Shown here: piece by piece, positions 34,896 to 47,080 of the stretch
How the letters are laid out: each line of letters begins with the position of its first letter
Numbering within the stretch: the first letter of the stretch is position 1
NCBI GenBank assembly: GCA_950097015.1
Contig: CATNEN010000001.1
Location: 24,676,001 to 24,740,000, forward strand
Source of the DNA: Macrostomum hystrix
Lineage: Eukaryota > Animalia > Platyhelminthes
Length of the DNA: 64,000 nucleotides
Direction of reading: 5' to 3'
Made by a program: the position numbers and the translations under genes
Notes under the pieces: model-generated
Databases searched by the model: none
The model's input: only the letters and a program-made list of their open reading frames with translations
What the model was told of the DNA's origin: nothing

Positions 34896-35269
34896 AATAG
34901 ATTTTTACATTTTTCCGGCTTTAGCCTAGCATCTAGCAATAATATTTGCTCATCCATTTTCCACTATTTCAAGAGAAAGTTTTTCTTGCTTTTTGCCAAA
35001 ATTAGTCTGTCACGACTCGCTACTTGCTACTGCCAGTAGGAGGTTGTGTTTCTCATCCTTCGAATTGTTCAGTGGAGTGTAATTAGCCCCGTCCTGGCTA
35101 GCCAAAGTGCAACGCCGCTCACAATTGTAATGCCTGTTTTGAAGCTGATAGAATTTGAGTAGGAACAGCTCTATTGTTCCTACAATTGTTCTATCCAACT
35201 CTAATTTTATTCTATCTGTTCTCTTGTGTTCTCTTTCTCTTCAGTCTCTTATGTCTCTCTTATGTCTCT

Positions 35270-35745
35270 TATGTTACTCTCTCCTTTGTCCTTCTTTCTC
35301 CCTATCTCCTCTCTTTTCTCTCTTGTCTGCACTCTCCGCTCTTCTCTCACCTATCTCCTCTCTCCTTTCTCTACTCTCCTCCCTTCTCCCTACTCTCTAC
35401 TTTCTCTACTCTCCTCCCTCCTCCCTCCTCTCTCCTCCCTCCTCTCTCCTTTCTCTACTCTCCTCCCTCCTCTCTCCTCCCTCCTCTCTCCATCTCTACT
35501 CTCCTGCCTCCTCTCCTTTCTCTACTCTCCTCCCTCCTCCCTCCTCTCTCCTCCCTCCTCTCTCCTTTCTCTACTCTCCTCCCTACTCTCTACTTTCTCT
35601 ACTCTCCTCCCCCCTTTCTCTACTCTCCTCCCCCCCTTTCTCTACTCTCCTCCCCCCTTTCTCTACTCTCCTCCCCCCTTTCTCTACTCTCCTTTCTCCA
35701 CTCTCCTCTCCCCTCTCTCCCTGTCTCCTGTCTCCTCTCTCCTTT
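35270..35745. repeat. CT-rich low-complexity repeat (TTTCTCTACTCTCCTCCC variants)
   Basis: Direct inspection. Confidence 0.88.
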
Positions 35746-36539
35746 CACATCCAAATCAGCTCGCACCCAGTGTGTCACCAGGATCTCAACCAGTTATTCC
35801 TGCCAGAGCAAGCCGCTCACGCAGATGCCGCCCGTTCATTCGCTGAAATTTGTGAATAGACCAGAGCGCAGGCATTCCTAAGACTCTGATTCTCTGCCTC
35901 GCTGGCAGCTCCCAATCTCCTAAACTTATCCTCAGCTGCCACTTCAGCAGCGCTGCAGTCTCTCATTGACCGTTTGATAAGCCTCACTTAGTGCGCACAG
36001 CACAATTCATTTGTGAGCTGCTCCAGAGTGGGACGTCATCGACTTTGGAATCACTCGTATTCTCCTAAAGTCAACGAGTATCTGGCGCCAAAATGGGGGG
36101 ATAAAATTCAATTTCAGATCCCCAGTGTACTCAGCCATCCGTGCCAGAGTAGCAACATTTGGATTTTGTATTCTCTTTTTTCATAACTCACTGCTCAAAG
36201 CTGTGTTAGCAGACTCAAAATCCTCTCGCACACACGGAGAAAGAACCGCAATTTATATTTTAATTGGCTTATCGCAAGTTGAAGAAATGAATTTCTGCAT
36301 CAACTATGCACTGTTGGATTTTAGGAATAAAACAATAATGAAAAAACTTGATAATCCATGCGACTTCGAGTTGATTGACTCATCGCGGTTGAATTGGTTT
36401 GAGTCTCTCTTCAGTCTGAGAGCCAAGTGTGCGCTGATTGGCTGGCTCACTTGGCTAAAACTCTTATTCGAGCACTCGGCCCCGTTGTGACCCCCGGACC
36501 TGCAGTGGCTGTAGGCTAGCTGCGGGCTCCGTCCACACA

Positions 36540-36986
36540 ATGTCTTCTGGTGTCGATCCGCTGTCTCGCGGCCGCCAGCGACGGAAGCGGCCCTCGATGC
36601 TCGCCGACGATGTCAACGATGTCGCCGGCGTCAGCGCCGTGGCGGCCATGGGCCTGCTGTGGCACAGACGTCGAGAGGTTGAACGGCGGCGGCAGTCCAT
36701 CTTGAGCCTCACCATGGAGACTGGCGCGCCAGCGGCCATCCAGCAGCTGCTGCCGCATCGGCTTGATGAGCCCACCGTCGAGGAGGAGGTCGACTTCGAA
36801 GAAACCCCGGCATCTTCTGGCAGCTGCATCAAAGCGGACACCGCCGATGCCGACGTCGGCCCGTCGTCGCCAGGCTCGTCTGTCATCACCACGACCTCAG
36901 AGGGCTACCGCAAGATTCGGCACAAGCGGCCGAAGTGCTTCCTGCGCAGGCGGGACTGCCCTGCCAGGCCGTGCCAGTGCGCTGAG
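36540..36986 (+). CDS. Candidate first coding exon of the multi-PDZ gene
   Basis: GC-rich, coding-like 149-codon ORF from ATG to the donor GAG|GTGAAG (phase 0), compatible with the phase-0 acceptor at 44946. The link is inferred. Confidence 0.5.
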
Positions 36987-37979
36987 GTGAAGCCTCTGCA
37001 GCCGCCTCTCCTGCTCTCCCACTGTCTGGCCTATAATTTAGATTTTTTCTGCCCACACAGTTCTTATTTTCTCTTTTCCTGCACCCCGTCACCTGAACTC
37101 TCCCCTTCTTTTTCTCTTATTCTCCCCGTCTCCCTTCTCTTATTATCCCCTGCGTGATCTTAATACGCCTCATCTTTGTCTCCTCCGTACAGTGTCTCCA
37201 TTCTCCTATATCTTCTCTTTTCTCACCTCTCGTCTCTTCTCTCTCCTCTCATCTCTTCTCTCTCCTCTCGTCTCCTCTTGTCTCCGCGGTCTCCAGTCGC
37301 ATCCAGTAATAAGTTGACTCGCCGCAGAAAATTCCCCAAACCTGAGTCTGAATCCGTAAATCAAATTCATAAAACTTCCGTTGTGTCATTAGTCACCATC
37401 TCAATCAGGGGAGGCTTCAGTAGCAGCAGCAGCAGCAGCAGCGGCAGCTGAGACTACGGGGGGTGCAGGGTCCCTGAATGTGACACTAAAAGTAGCAATA
37501 AAGGAGGCCCTGGTCAACTGTTCTCTCCCTGTCCCGAAGGAGGGCGGGCTGCGGACAGAGGATCAAACGCAGAGTGGGAGACGCGGGCTGAAAGACACAG
37601 AGGGCTGTCTTGCTTTTAGTCTCTCGGGCGGGCGTTTCTTAGTCTGCTCCAGCTCATCCGACATCCCTTCCTTGCTTCCCAGTCTCATTTCTTGTCTTGC
37701 GCCCTGGGAAAAAAAATTAACAGATTAGAGACAATTAGCACGCTGGTCCCCTGCTGAGCGGGCGGAACGCTGCGTTGCTGCCGAAATTGAGGGAAGTAAA
37801 AATTAGAGAGGGGGGTAGCGAGAAGGGAAGAGATTAGGTGCGCTGCGGTTTGGTTTATTACAGGTTCGCTGTTTTAGCTGCTGTACAGGGCAGGGCGGCT
37901 TTCATTCGAAGCTACTATGAGAGAGCACACTCGATTCGGAAATTGATAGAAATGTGAAATTTTGCAAAGAGCTATTGCC

Positions 37980-38430
37980 AAGATTTCAGGGAGATTTCAG
38001 GTAGATTTCAGGTAGATATCAGGTAGATTTCAAATAGATTTGAGGTAGATTTCAGGTAGATTTCAGGTAGATTTCAGGTAGATATCAGGTAGATTTCAAA
38101 TAGATTTGAGGTAGATTTCAGGTAGATTTCAAATAGATTTCAGGTAGATATCAGGTAGATTTCAAATAGATTTCAGGTAAATATCAGGTAGATTTCAGGT
38201 AGATATCAGGTACATTTCAGGTAGATATCAGGTAGATTTCAAATAGATTTCAGGTAGATATCAGGTAGATTTCAAATAGATTTCAGGTAAATATCAGGTA
38301 GATTTCAGGTAGATATCAGGTACATTTCAGGTAGATATCAGGTAGATTTCAAATAGATTTCAGGTAGATATCAGGAAGATTTCCGGTAGATTTTATTGAG
38401 ATATCAGGTAGACTTCAGATAGGTTTCAGA
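37980..38430. repeat. 11-bp minisatellite (GTAGATTTCAG)
   Basis: Direct inspection. Confidence 0.92.
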
Positions 38431-39193
38431 TATAGTGAAGGTATACCACAGATATATTATCTAGCTAGCTATAGAATAGATATTTCGACTCTAGGTTTAT
38501 TAGATTAGTACATCACGGATAGGGAAAAGGATTAGGATATTAGGGGAATGGGGAAAGAATGCTATAAAAAGATCAGACAAACGTGACCGCGCAGAGCGGA
38601 GCGGGCAGCGAGTCACTGGGGAAGCTGTAATATAGTGTTGAGCACAGGAGATGAGTTTGAGTCTCACGGAGCCGTTTTTCGAGTCGAGGTCACATGAGGA
38701 ACGTGTGTGTGTGTGTGTGTTCCTTTCCAGCTTTTAAGACTAGAGTACTCAGTTCATAATGCATGAAAAGTATTTAACACCCCAGACGAAAACCAAAGCC
38801 TTCTTAAACTAGCGGGGGGGCCTCGACAGGACAGGTAATTGAAAATGACAGGCACATTACGCTGGCGAGTGCGCGACTTTGCAAGGGAACTGAAATCCCC
38901 TCCCCAAATAGCTCGCCCATTTTCTTTCCGTTATGAGGCCGACCTCGATGCCCCACCGAATCAATCAGCTAAGCCTGAGCGTTTTCACCCCACTGGCCCC
39001 CACATCTGGTCGGGAAGACTAAGGCTTAGTGGGATTAGCGTTAACACTCTGGTTGGGAAGGCGACGCCGCAAATGAACTCAACGGAACAGTTGCTGGCCT
39101 TACTATTTAGCTGTATGACTTGAGTATAATTGATCTGCGATTCGTTATTAATCTAAATGTTTTCATTTCTTTTCATCGGGTCATCAGAGATTT

Positions 39194-42100
39194 TGTCTAA
39201 CACCCAAATCTCATGTCTAACACCCGAATATCATGTCTAACACCCAAATCTCATGTCTAACACCCGAATATCATGTCTAACACCCGAATATCATGTCTAA
39301 CACCCGAATCTCGTGTCTAACATCCGAACCTCGAATCTCGTGTCTAACACCTGAATCTCGTGTCTAACAACCGAATCTCGTGTCTAACAACCGAATCTCG
39401 TGTCTAACACCCGAACATCATGTCTAACACCCGAATCTCGTGTCTAACATCCGAACCTCGAATCTCGTGTCCAACACCCAAATCTCATGTCTAACACCCG
39501 AACATCATGTCCAACACCCAAATCTCATGTCTAACACCCGAATATCATGTCTAACACCCGAATCTCGTGTCTAACATCCGAACCTCGAATCTCGTGTCTA
39601 ACACCTGAATCTCGTGTCTAACACCTGAATCTCGTGTCTAACAACCGAATCTCATGTCTAACACCCGAATATCATGTCTAACACCCGAATCTCGTGTCTA
39701 ACATCCGAACCTCGAATCTCGTGTCTAACACCTGAATCTCGTGTCTAACACCTGAATCTCGTGTCTAACAACCGAATCTCGTGTCTAACACCTGAATCTC
39801 GTGTCTAACACCTGAATCTAGTGTCTAACACCTGAATCTCATGTCTAACACCAAATCTCTCGTCCAACACCCAAATCTCGTGTCTAACACCCGAATCTCG
39901 TGTCTAACAACCGAATCTCGTGTCTAACACCTGAATCTCGTGTCTAACACCTGAATCTAGTGTCTAACACCTGAATCTCATGTCTAACACCAAATCTCTC
40001 GTCCAACACCCAAATCTCGTGTCTAACACCCGAATCTCGTGTCTAACAACCGAATCTCGTGTCTAACATCTGAATCTTATGTCTAACACCCTAATCTCAT
40101 GTCTAACACCTGAATCTCGTGTCTAACAACCGAATCTCGTGTCTAACACCTGAATCTCGTGTCTAACACCTGAATCTAGTGTCTAACACCTGAATCTCAT
40201 GTCTAACACCAAATCTCTCGTCCAACACCCAAATCTCGTGTCTAACACCCGAATCTCGTGTCTAACAACCGAATCTCGTGTCTAACACCTGAATCTCGTG
40301 TCTAACACCTGAATCTCGTGTCTAACACCCGAATCTCATGTCCAACACCCAAATCTCGTGTCTAACACCCGAATCTCGTGTCTAACACCTGAATCTCGTG
40401 TCTAACAACCGAATCTCGTGTCTAACAACCGAATCTCGTGTCTAACACCCGAACATCATGTCTAACACCCGAATCTCGTGTCTAACATCCGAACCTCGAA
40501 TCTCGTGTCCAACACCCAAATCTCATGTCTAACAACCGAATCTCATGTCTAACAACCGAATCTCATGTCTAACACCCGAATATCATGTCTAACACCCGAA
40601 TATCATGTCTAACACCCGAATCTCGTGTCTAACATCCGAACCTCGAATCTCGTGTCTAACACCTGAATCTCGTGTCTAACAACCGAATCTCGTGTCTAAC
40701 ACCTGAATCTCGTGTCTAACACCTGAATCTAGTGTCTAACACCTGAATCTCATGTCTAACACCAAATCTCTCGTCCAACACCCAAATCTCGTGTCTAACA
40801 CCCGAATCTCGTGTCTAACACCCGAATCTCGTGTCTAACATCCGAACCTCGAATCTCGTGTCTAACACCTGAATCTCGTGTCTAACACCTGAATCTCGTG
40901 TCTAACACCCGAATCTCATGTCCAACACCCAAATCTCGTGTCTAACACCCGAATCTCGTGTCTAACACCTGAATCTCGTGTCTAACAACCGAATCTCGTG
41001 TCTAACAACCGAATCTCGTGTCTAACACCCGAACATCATGTCTAACACCCGAATCTCGTGTCTAACATCCGAACCTCGAATCTCGTGTCCAACACCCAAA
41101 TCTCATGTCTAACAACCGAATCTCATGTCTAACAACCGAATCTCATGTCTAACACCCGAATATCATGTCTAACACCCGAATATCATGTCTAACACCCGAA
41201 TCTCGTGTCTAACATCCGAACCTCGAATCTCGTGTCTAACACCTGAATCTCGTGTCTAACAACCGAATCTCGTGTCTAACACCTGAATCTCGTGTCTAAC
41301 ACCTGAATCTAGTGTCTAACACCTGAATCTCATGTCTAACACCAAATCTCTCGTCCAACACCCAAATCTCGTGTCTAACACCCGAATCTCGTGTCTAACA
41401 CCCGAATCTCGTGTCTAACATCCGAACCTCGAATCTCGTGTCTAACACCTGAATCTCGTGTCTAACAACCGAATCTCGTGTCTAACACCTGAATCTCGTG
41501 TCTAACACCTGAATCTAGTGTCTAACACCTGAATCTCATGTCTAACACCAAATCTCTCGTCCAACACCCAAATCTCGTGTCTAACACCCGAATCTCGTGT
41601 CTAACAACCGAATCTCGTGTCTAACACCCGAATCTCGTGTCTAACACCTGAATCTCATGTCTAACACCAAATCTCTCGTCCAACACCCAAATCTCGTGTC
41701 TAACACCCGAATCTCGTGTCTAACACCTGAATCTCGTGTCTAACACCCGAATCTCGTGTCTAACATCCGTACCTCGAATCTCGTGTCTAACAACCGAATC
41801 TCGTGTCTAACACCTGAATCTCGTGTCTAACACCTGAATCTAGTGTCTAACACCCTAATCTCATGTCTAACACCTGAATCTCGTGTCTAACACCTGAATC
41901 TCGTGTCTAACACCTGAATCTCGTGTCTAACACCCAAATCTCATGTCTAACACCCGAATATCATGTCTAACAACCGAATCTCGTGTCTAACACCAGAATC
42001 TTATGTCTAACACCCTAATCTCATGTCTAACACCTGAATCTCGTGTCTAACACCTGAATCTCGTGTCTAACAACCGAATCTCGTGTCTAACACCAGAATC

Positions 42101-43217
42101 TTATGTCTAACACCCTAATCTCATGTCTAACACCTGAATCTCGTGTCTAACAACCGAACCTCGTGTCTAACACCTGAATCTCGTGTCTAACACCTGAATC
42201 TCGTGTCTAACAACCGAATCTCGTGTCTAACACCAGAATCTTATGTCTAACACCCTAATCTCATGTCTAACACCTGAATCTCGTGTCTAACAACCGAACC
42301 TCGTGTCTAACACCTGAATCTCGTGTCTAACAACCGAATCTCGTGTCTAAAAACCGAATCTCGTGTCTAACACCTGAATCTCGTGTCTAACAACCGAATC
42401 TCGTGTCTAACACCTGAATCTCGTGTCTAACACCTGAATCTCGTGTCTAACAACCGAATCTCGTGTCTAACACCTGAATCTCGTGTCTAACACCTGAATC
42501 TCGTGTCTAACAACCGAATCTCGTGTCTAACACCTGAATCTCGTGTCTAACAACCGAATCTCGTGTCTAACACCTGAATCTCATGTCTAACACCTGAATC
42601 TCTTGTCTAACACCTGAATCTCGTGTCTAACACCTGAATCTCGTGTCTAGCAACCGAATCTCATGTCTAACACCAGAATCTCATGTCTAACACCCGAATC
42701 TCGTGTCTAACACCTGAATCTCGTGTCTAACACCTGAATCTCGTGTCTAACACCTGAATCTCGTGTCTAACAACCGAATCTCGTGTCTAACACCTGAATC
42801 TCGTGTCTAACACCTGAATCTCATGTCTAACACCCGAATCTCGTGTCTAACACCTGAATCTCGTGTCTAACACCTGAATATCGTGTCTAACAAACGAATC
42901 TCGTGTCTAACACCCGAATTTCGTGTCTAACACCCGAATATCATGTCTAACAACCGAATCTCGTGTCTAACACCCGAATATCATGTCTAACACCTGAATC
43001 TCGTGTCTAACACCTGAATCTCATGTCTAATACCTGAATCTCATGTCTAACACCCGAATCTCTTGTCTAACACCCGAATCTCATGTCTAACACCCGAATC
43101 TCTTGTCTAACACCCGAATCTCATGTCTAACACTCAAATCTCGTGTCTAACACTCAAATCTCGTGTCTAACAACCGAATCTCGTGTCTAACACCCGAATC
43201 TCATGTCTAATACCCGA
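39194..43217. repeat. 20-bp satellite (GTGTCTAACACCTGAATCTC), ~4 kb, with higher-order structure
   Basis: Direct inspection; a ~580-bp block is duplicated (e.g. 40461 vs 41041, 40741 vs 41321). Confidence 0.97.
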
Positions 43218-43794
43218 GTTCTCTGTTCAGTTTCAGTGAGTAGCATCAGCTTGAATGAGGCATCCTGAGCTGAGATTCAGATCTCAGTTGAGGTTGTCGG
43301 AGTGACTGGCGGCCATTCTGTGCGGCCCAGAATTTGCATAAATAGCACGCGCGGATAAAGTCAGTTTCTTTGGAATCTTCCCCTGCCCTTCCTTCCATCC
43401 GGGTCACGTGACCTCGGGCGAGTCGTTCCTCGCTTTGGGTGGCTGCTTGAAGCCAAATCTTCGGCAGCTGCCACTGCCAGCCCTTCTGCTGTTTTTTTCC
43501 AAGTCTTCCATCAATTAGAACTCGCATTTTCCTCCGACATTCTGCTCAGCTCAATTATTTTGTCTTGCTTAACTTGGATTCAATTTACGGCTTTTGATGC
43601 TGCCCCGGCAACAAGCCTGCTAAGGGTAATTAGTGACTGGGGACGGCCTAGTTGAGTTGACAATAATTCATCATCAGGGATGTTGTCCTCATTCACTTAT
43701 GTACCTGGAATTTCCTGTGACAGCTGCAATATGAGAACGGTGATAAGGGTCTTGGAACCAGACTAAGAAGGAGTGGTAGACTCAGAGGAAGTAC

Positions 43795-43950
43795 AGAGAG
43801 GGAGACATAGAGGGAGGCCGAGAGGTAGACTGAGAGGGAGAATGGGAGGGAGGCTGAGAGGGAGGGTGTGAAGTAGACTGGGAGGTAGACATAGAGGTAG
43901 ACTGAGAGGTAGGGTGAGAGGTAGACTGAGAGGTAGACATAGAGGTAGAC
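43795..43950. repeat. Degenerate 12-bp repeat (GAGGTAGACTGA)
   Basis: Direct inspection. Confidence 0.75.
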
Positions 43951-44434
43951 GGAGAATCAGACTGAGATTACTGGTAGCTGAGACCAGTAGTGTTCAGCTG
44001 TTCTGATCTGTCAAAAGACAACAATTCTTTATCTGTGTTCTCAGGGCCAATCAGTGTGGCATAGTTTCATAACCTAAACAGTGGCAGAGCAAATCCTGTG
44101 ATCACCTCACAGTGCGAACTCAAAGCACAGTGCATTTATTACTCACTACATACAGGATTATTGTACAGGAAAGCCGTGCTTGAAGATCTGATTGACACTT
44201 TCAAACTCAGATTTGTTTGAATGCGTGACAGTGCATTTATATGAGTAGACTTTCAGTGGGGATTAATGAGCAGTCTTAACTGATTAATCGATTAATCTTA
44301 TCTGCAGCGAATGAAAGACAAGGGACCAGTCGTGGCGACCTCTGGGATATAAAAAACTGGCTAGCCTAATTTCATGCATGAGTTTTGAGTTCAGATTTGA
44401 GTTCAGGAGTAACTCATTGTAAAATATGTGTGAC

Positions 44435-44818
44435 TTTAATAATAATAATGATAATAATAATCAATAACAATTGCAGGAGGGCTGTGGGCACATCCTTTGG
44501 TGACACTAGACCCGCAGCCAGCGAGGAGGCAATTCTGCACATTTCGCTGACTCCTGAGCACACGCGCACACAGATACTGTACGCAGGCACACGCTCACAC
44601 AGGTGTGTACATCTGCCCTGACTTTCTCATCGTCTGGCAGTGTACACTCTCACTGTGCCTTGGAGGTTGGCCCTCAAGGGCGTAAATTGCACGACAAGCC
44701 CCCAAGCCTTCTCTCCGCGGCTGCGCCCCAAATGAATGTGGCCTCGCCGCGGAATCGAACTCAGGGACCTTGGTGCGAGAGGCAAACGCGTAGACCGCTC
44801 TGCAACTCACCCTCCTCA
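44435..44818 (-). mobile_element. tRNA-derived SINE
   Basis: Minus-strand head GGGTGAGTTGCAGAGCGGTCTACGCG...GAGTTCGATTCC with an A-box-like motif and a B box, an (ATT)n tail at ~44437-44470, a TSD-like GTGTGAC (44428-44434, 44819-44825), and a second partial copy at 27.9 kb. Confidence 0.82.
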
Positions 44819-44945
44819 GTGTGACCTTGGCTGAGATCTTTGGCGGGCTGGTGTTATGAGAAATCTTTAACTTTTGAAGCTGTTGTTTTTTTATTTTGTG
44901 TTTGCAACTTTCGCTCTCACTTGTCCCCGCCGAACGAATCCGCAG

Positions 44946-45488
44946 CTGAACACGGACTGGACCGAGATCGAGGTGATCGATCTGATCGGCGACTCCACCG
45001 GCCTTGGCTTCGGCATTATCGGCAGCAAAAGCACCGGGGTGGTTGTGCGCACCATCGTGTCTGGAGGAGCCGCTGACAACGACGGCCGGCTGCGGTCTGG
45101 CGACCACCTGCTCTGCATCGGCCTCGTCGGCGTGCGTGGCATGAACAGTGAGCAGGTGGCCAGCGTGCTCAGGCAGAGCGGAGACCGCGTCAGGCTGGTC
45201 ATCGCCAGGGCCATTCACGATCCGGCTGCTGAGAGCACCGTCGGGGTTGACGGCCGCTGCTGCCAGCTGGTGCCCACGGCAGAGCTGGAGGCCCACCTGG
45301 AGGCTCTGGTGGCAGCTCTCGACGCCTGCGCGGCGGCTTCGGCTGAGGAGGACGACGAAGTGGAACAGCAGATGGATGGCGCTGCAGAGCCAGGCGCTGA
45401 CGATGATGCCGCAGCTGCTGCTGCTGCTGCTGTTTCTGATGCCACAGTGACATCTGCCACTCTGAAAATCGATGGCAGAGTTGATATG
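44946..45488 (+). CDS. Patj: PATJ/MPDZ (InaD-like) multi-PDZ protein exon: complete PDZ domain plus acidic linker
   Basis: [56 protein letters not shown]...[21 protein letters not shown] closely matches PDZ2 of Patj/MPDZ. Acceptor CCGCAG|CTG and donor ATG|GTCAGT (phase 0). Confidence 0.88.
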
Positions 45489-45527
45489 GTCAGTGCTGGA
45501 ACATCTGAAAGTGCTCCAGATCTGGCG

Positions 45528-45855
45528 CTAGAAACTGTCAGATCTGATGACTAGAAACTGTCAGATCTGATGACTAGAAACTGTCAGATCTGATGACTAG
45601 AAACTGTCAGATCTGATGACTAGAAACTGTCAGATCTGATGACTAGAAACTGTCAGATCTGATGACTAGAAACTGTCAGATCTGATGACTAGAAACTGTC
45701 AGATTTGATGACTAGAAACTGTCAGATCTGATGACTAGAAACTGTCAGATCTGATGACTAGAAACTGTCAGATCTGATGACTAGAAACTGTCAGATCTGA
45801 TGACTAGAAACTGTCAGATATGATGACTAGAACCTGTCAGATTTGATGACTAGAA
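45528..45855. repeat. 23-bp intronic minisatellite (CTAGAAACTGTCAGATCTGATGA), ~14 units
   Basis: Direct inspection. Confidence 0.95.
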
Positions 45856-45966
45856 TAAATATAATATATATATATATATTCGAATATACATATAATATTT
45901 CCGTAACTTCTTACTACATGCGACTGTAAGTAGCGTAGTGCGAATTTTACTTCTAAACCCTCTCAG

Positions 45967-46080
45967 GACACGGGCAGCTGTGGCAGTCTGAGAGATGAGG
46001 CACCGTGCAGGAGCAATCACAAGGGCCTCTACTCCGGCAGCAGTGCATCATCGAACACGGAGTCTGTTCAACTGCATCAG
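45967..46080 (+). CDS. Patj: Multi-PDZ gene linker exon
   Basis: CTCTCAG|GAC...CAG|GTGTGT; 114 nt, phase 0/0, open (DTGSCGSLRDEAPCRSNHKGLYSGSSASSNTESVQLHQ). Confidence 0.65.
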
Positions 46081-47080
46081 GTGTGTCTCCTGGATATTCT
46101 TTAATAATTGAGCAATGCAGCAATTTAATTTTGCCTTGTATAACTTGTCTTGATCCCTTTCGTCAGGTAAGGTGTTGACCAGTTTAATTAAAGCTCTTTC
46201 ATTACTGAAATTGCTTTTAATTTGAGCATCATTTCGTTGAAACTCAAAACTGCTGCATCACCGGCTCTAAGACATGCGGGCTAATCAATGTCTGCTGCAT
46301 TCCGCCCCTGTGTCTTCCGTATCTTCATTGCCGACCGCATCTCCGCCCCATCTGCATCTCCATTTCCGCCCCCATCTCCGCCCCTTCTGCATCTCCATTT
46401 CCGCCCCCGTCTCCACCCCATCTGTATATCCATTTCCGCCCCCCCATCTCCGCCCCCATCTCCGCCCCCATCTCCGCCCTCTGTTCCACGCCTTGAGCAG
46501 CCTGCTTAATTCTCAATCCTCGCCAGTCGCTGCCTAAGTCTACCCGCCAGTTTTTGTCTTGCATATGCCAAGACTGGAGGGGAAGTTACAGAGAAAAGTA
46601 TTTCCCCTTTAAAACTTGGCCATCATGATGGCGCATATTTCTAAATTAAGAAAATAAAAATACAGGGTGACACGACGGAGCTGCGGACTCAAAGATGAGC
46701 ACCCGGCCTGAGCTGCAGGCCTGAGTAGAGAACGCAGACGGATGAGACCGCGGCACTGCTCGAAGGGAGAAGGATGGGCCGAATCCCAAATCCCTTCCCT
46801 CCCGAGAAATCCCAGCTCACATTCTCATTCGTATGTCGAGCAGGCCCTCTCAGCTGTCAAAGCGCGCTGGCCAGAAATCTCTGAGCTGGGGTGGTGGTGG
46901 GGGGACGGCGCCAGTGCGGCCGATAGGGTTGCACTTTTTGGAACCCCCCCTGATCGGAGACTGATGGGGCAGCCTGACTTGCCAGACAACTCCAGATTTC
47001 TGTGTCTTCATTAGCGCAAGGCTTGCACTTTTAGTTTGCATAGATTGTAGCTTTGCATCTGAATTTGTGGCGCTGTATCC

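Noticed and set aside
44740-44812. tRNA gene
   Set aside because: It has A/B boxes but no proper acceptor stem and continues into a SINE body and tail.
45489-45554. PDZ protein terminating at the 45554 stop as in the ORF track
   Set aside because: A phase-0 donor at 45489 and downstream in-frame PDZ3 exons indicate splicing; the ORF tail runs into the intronic satellite.
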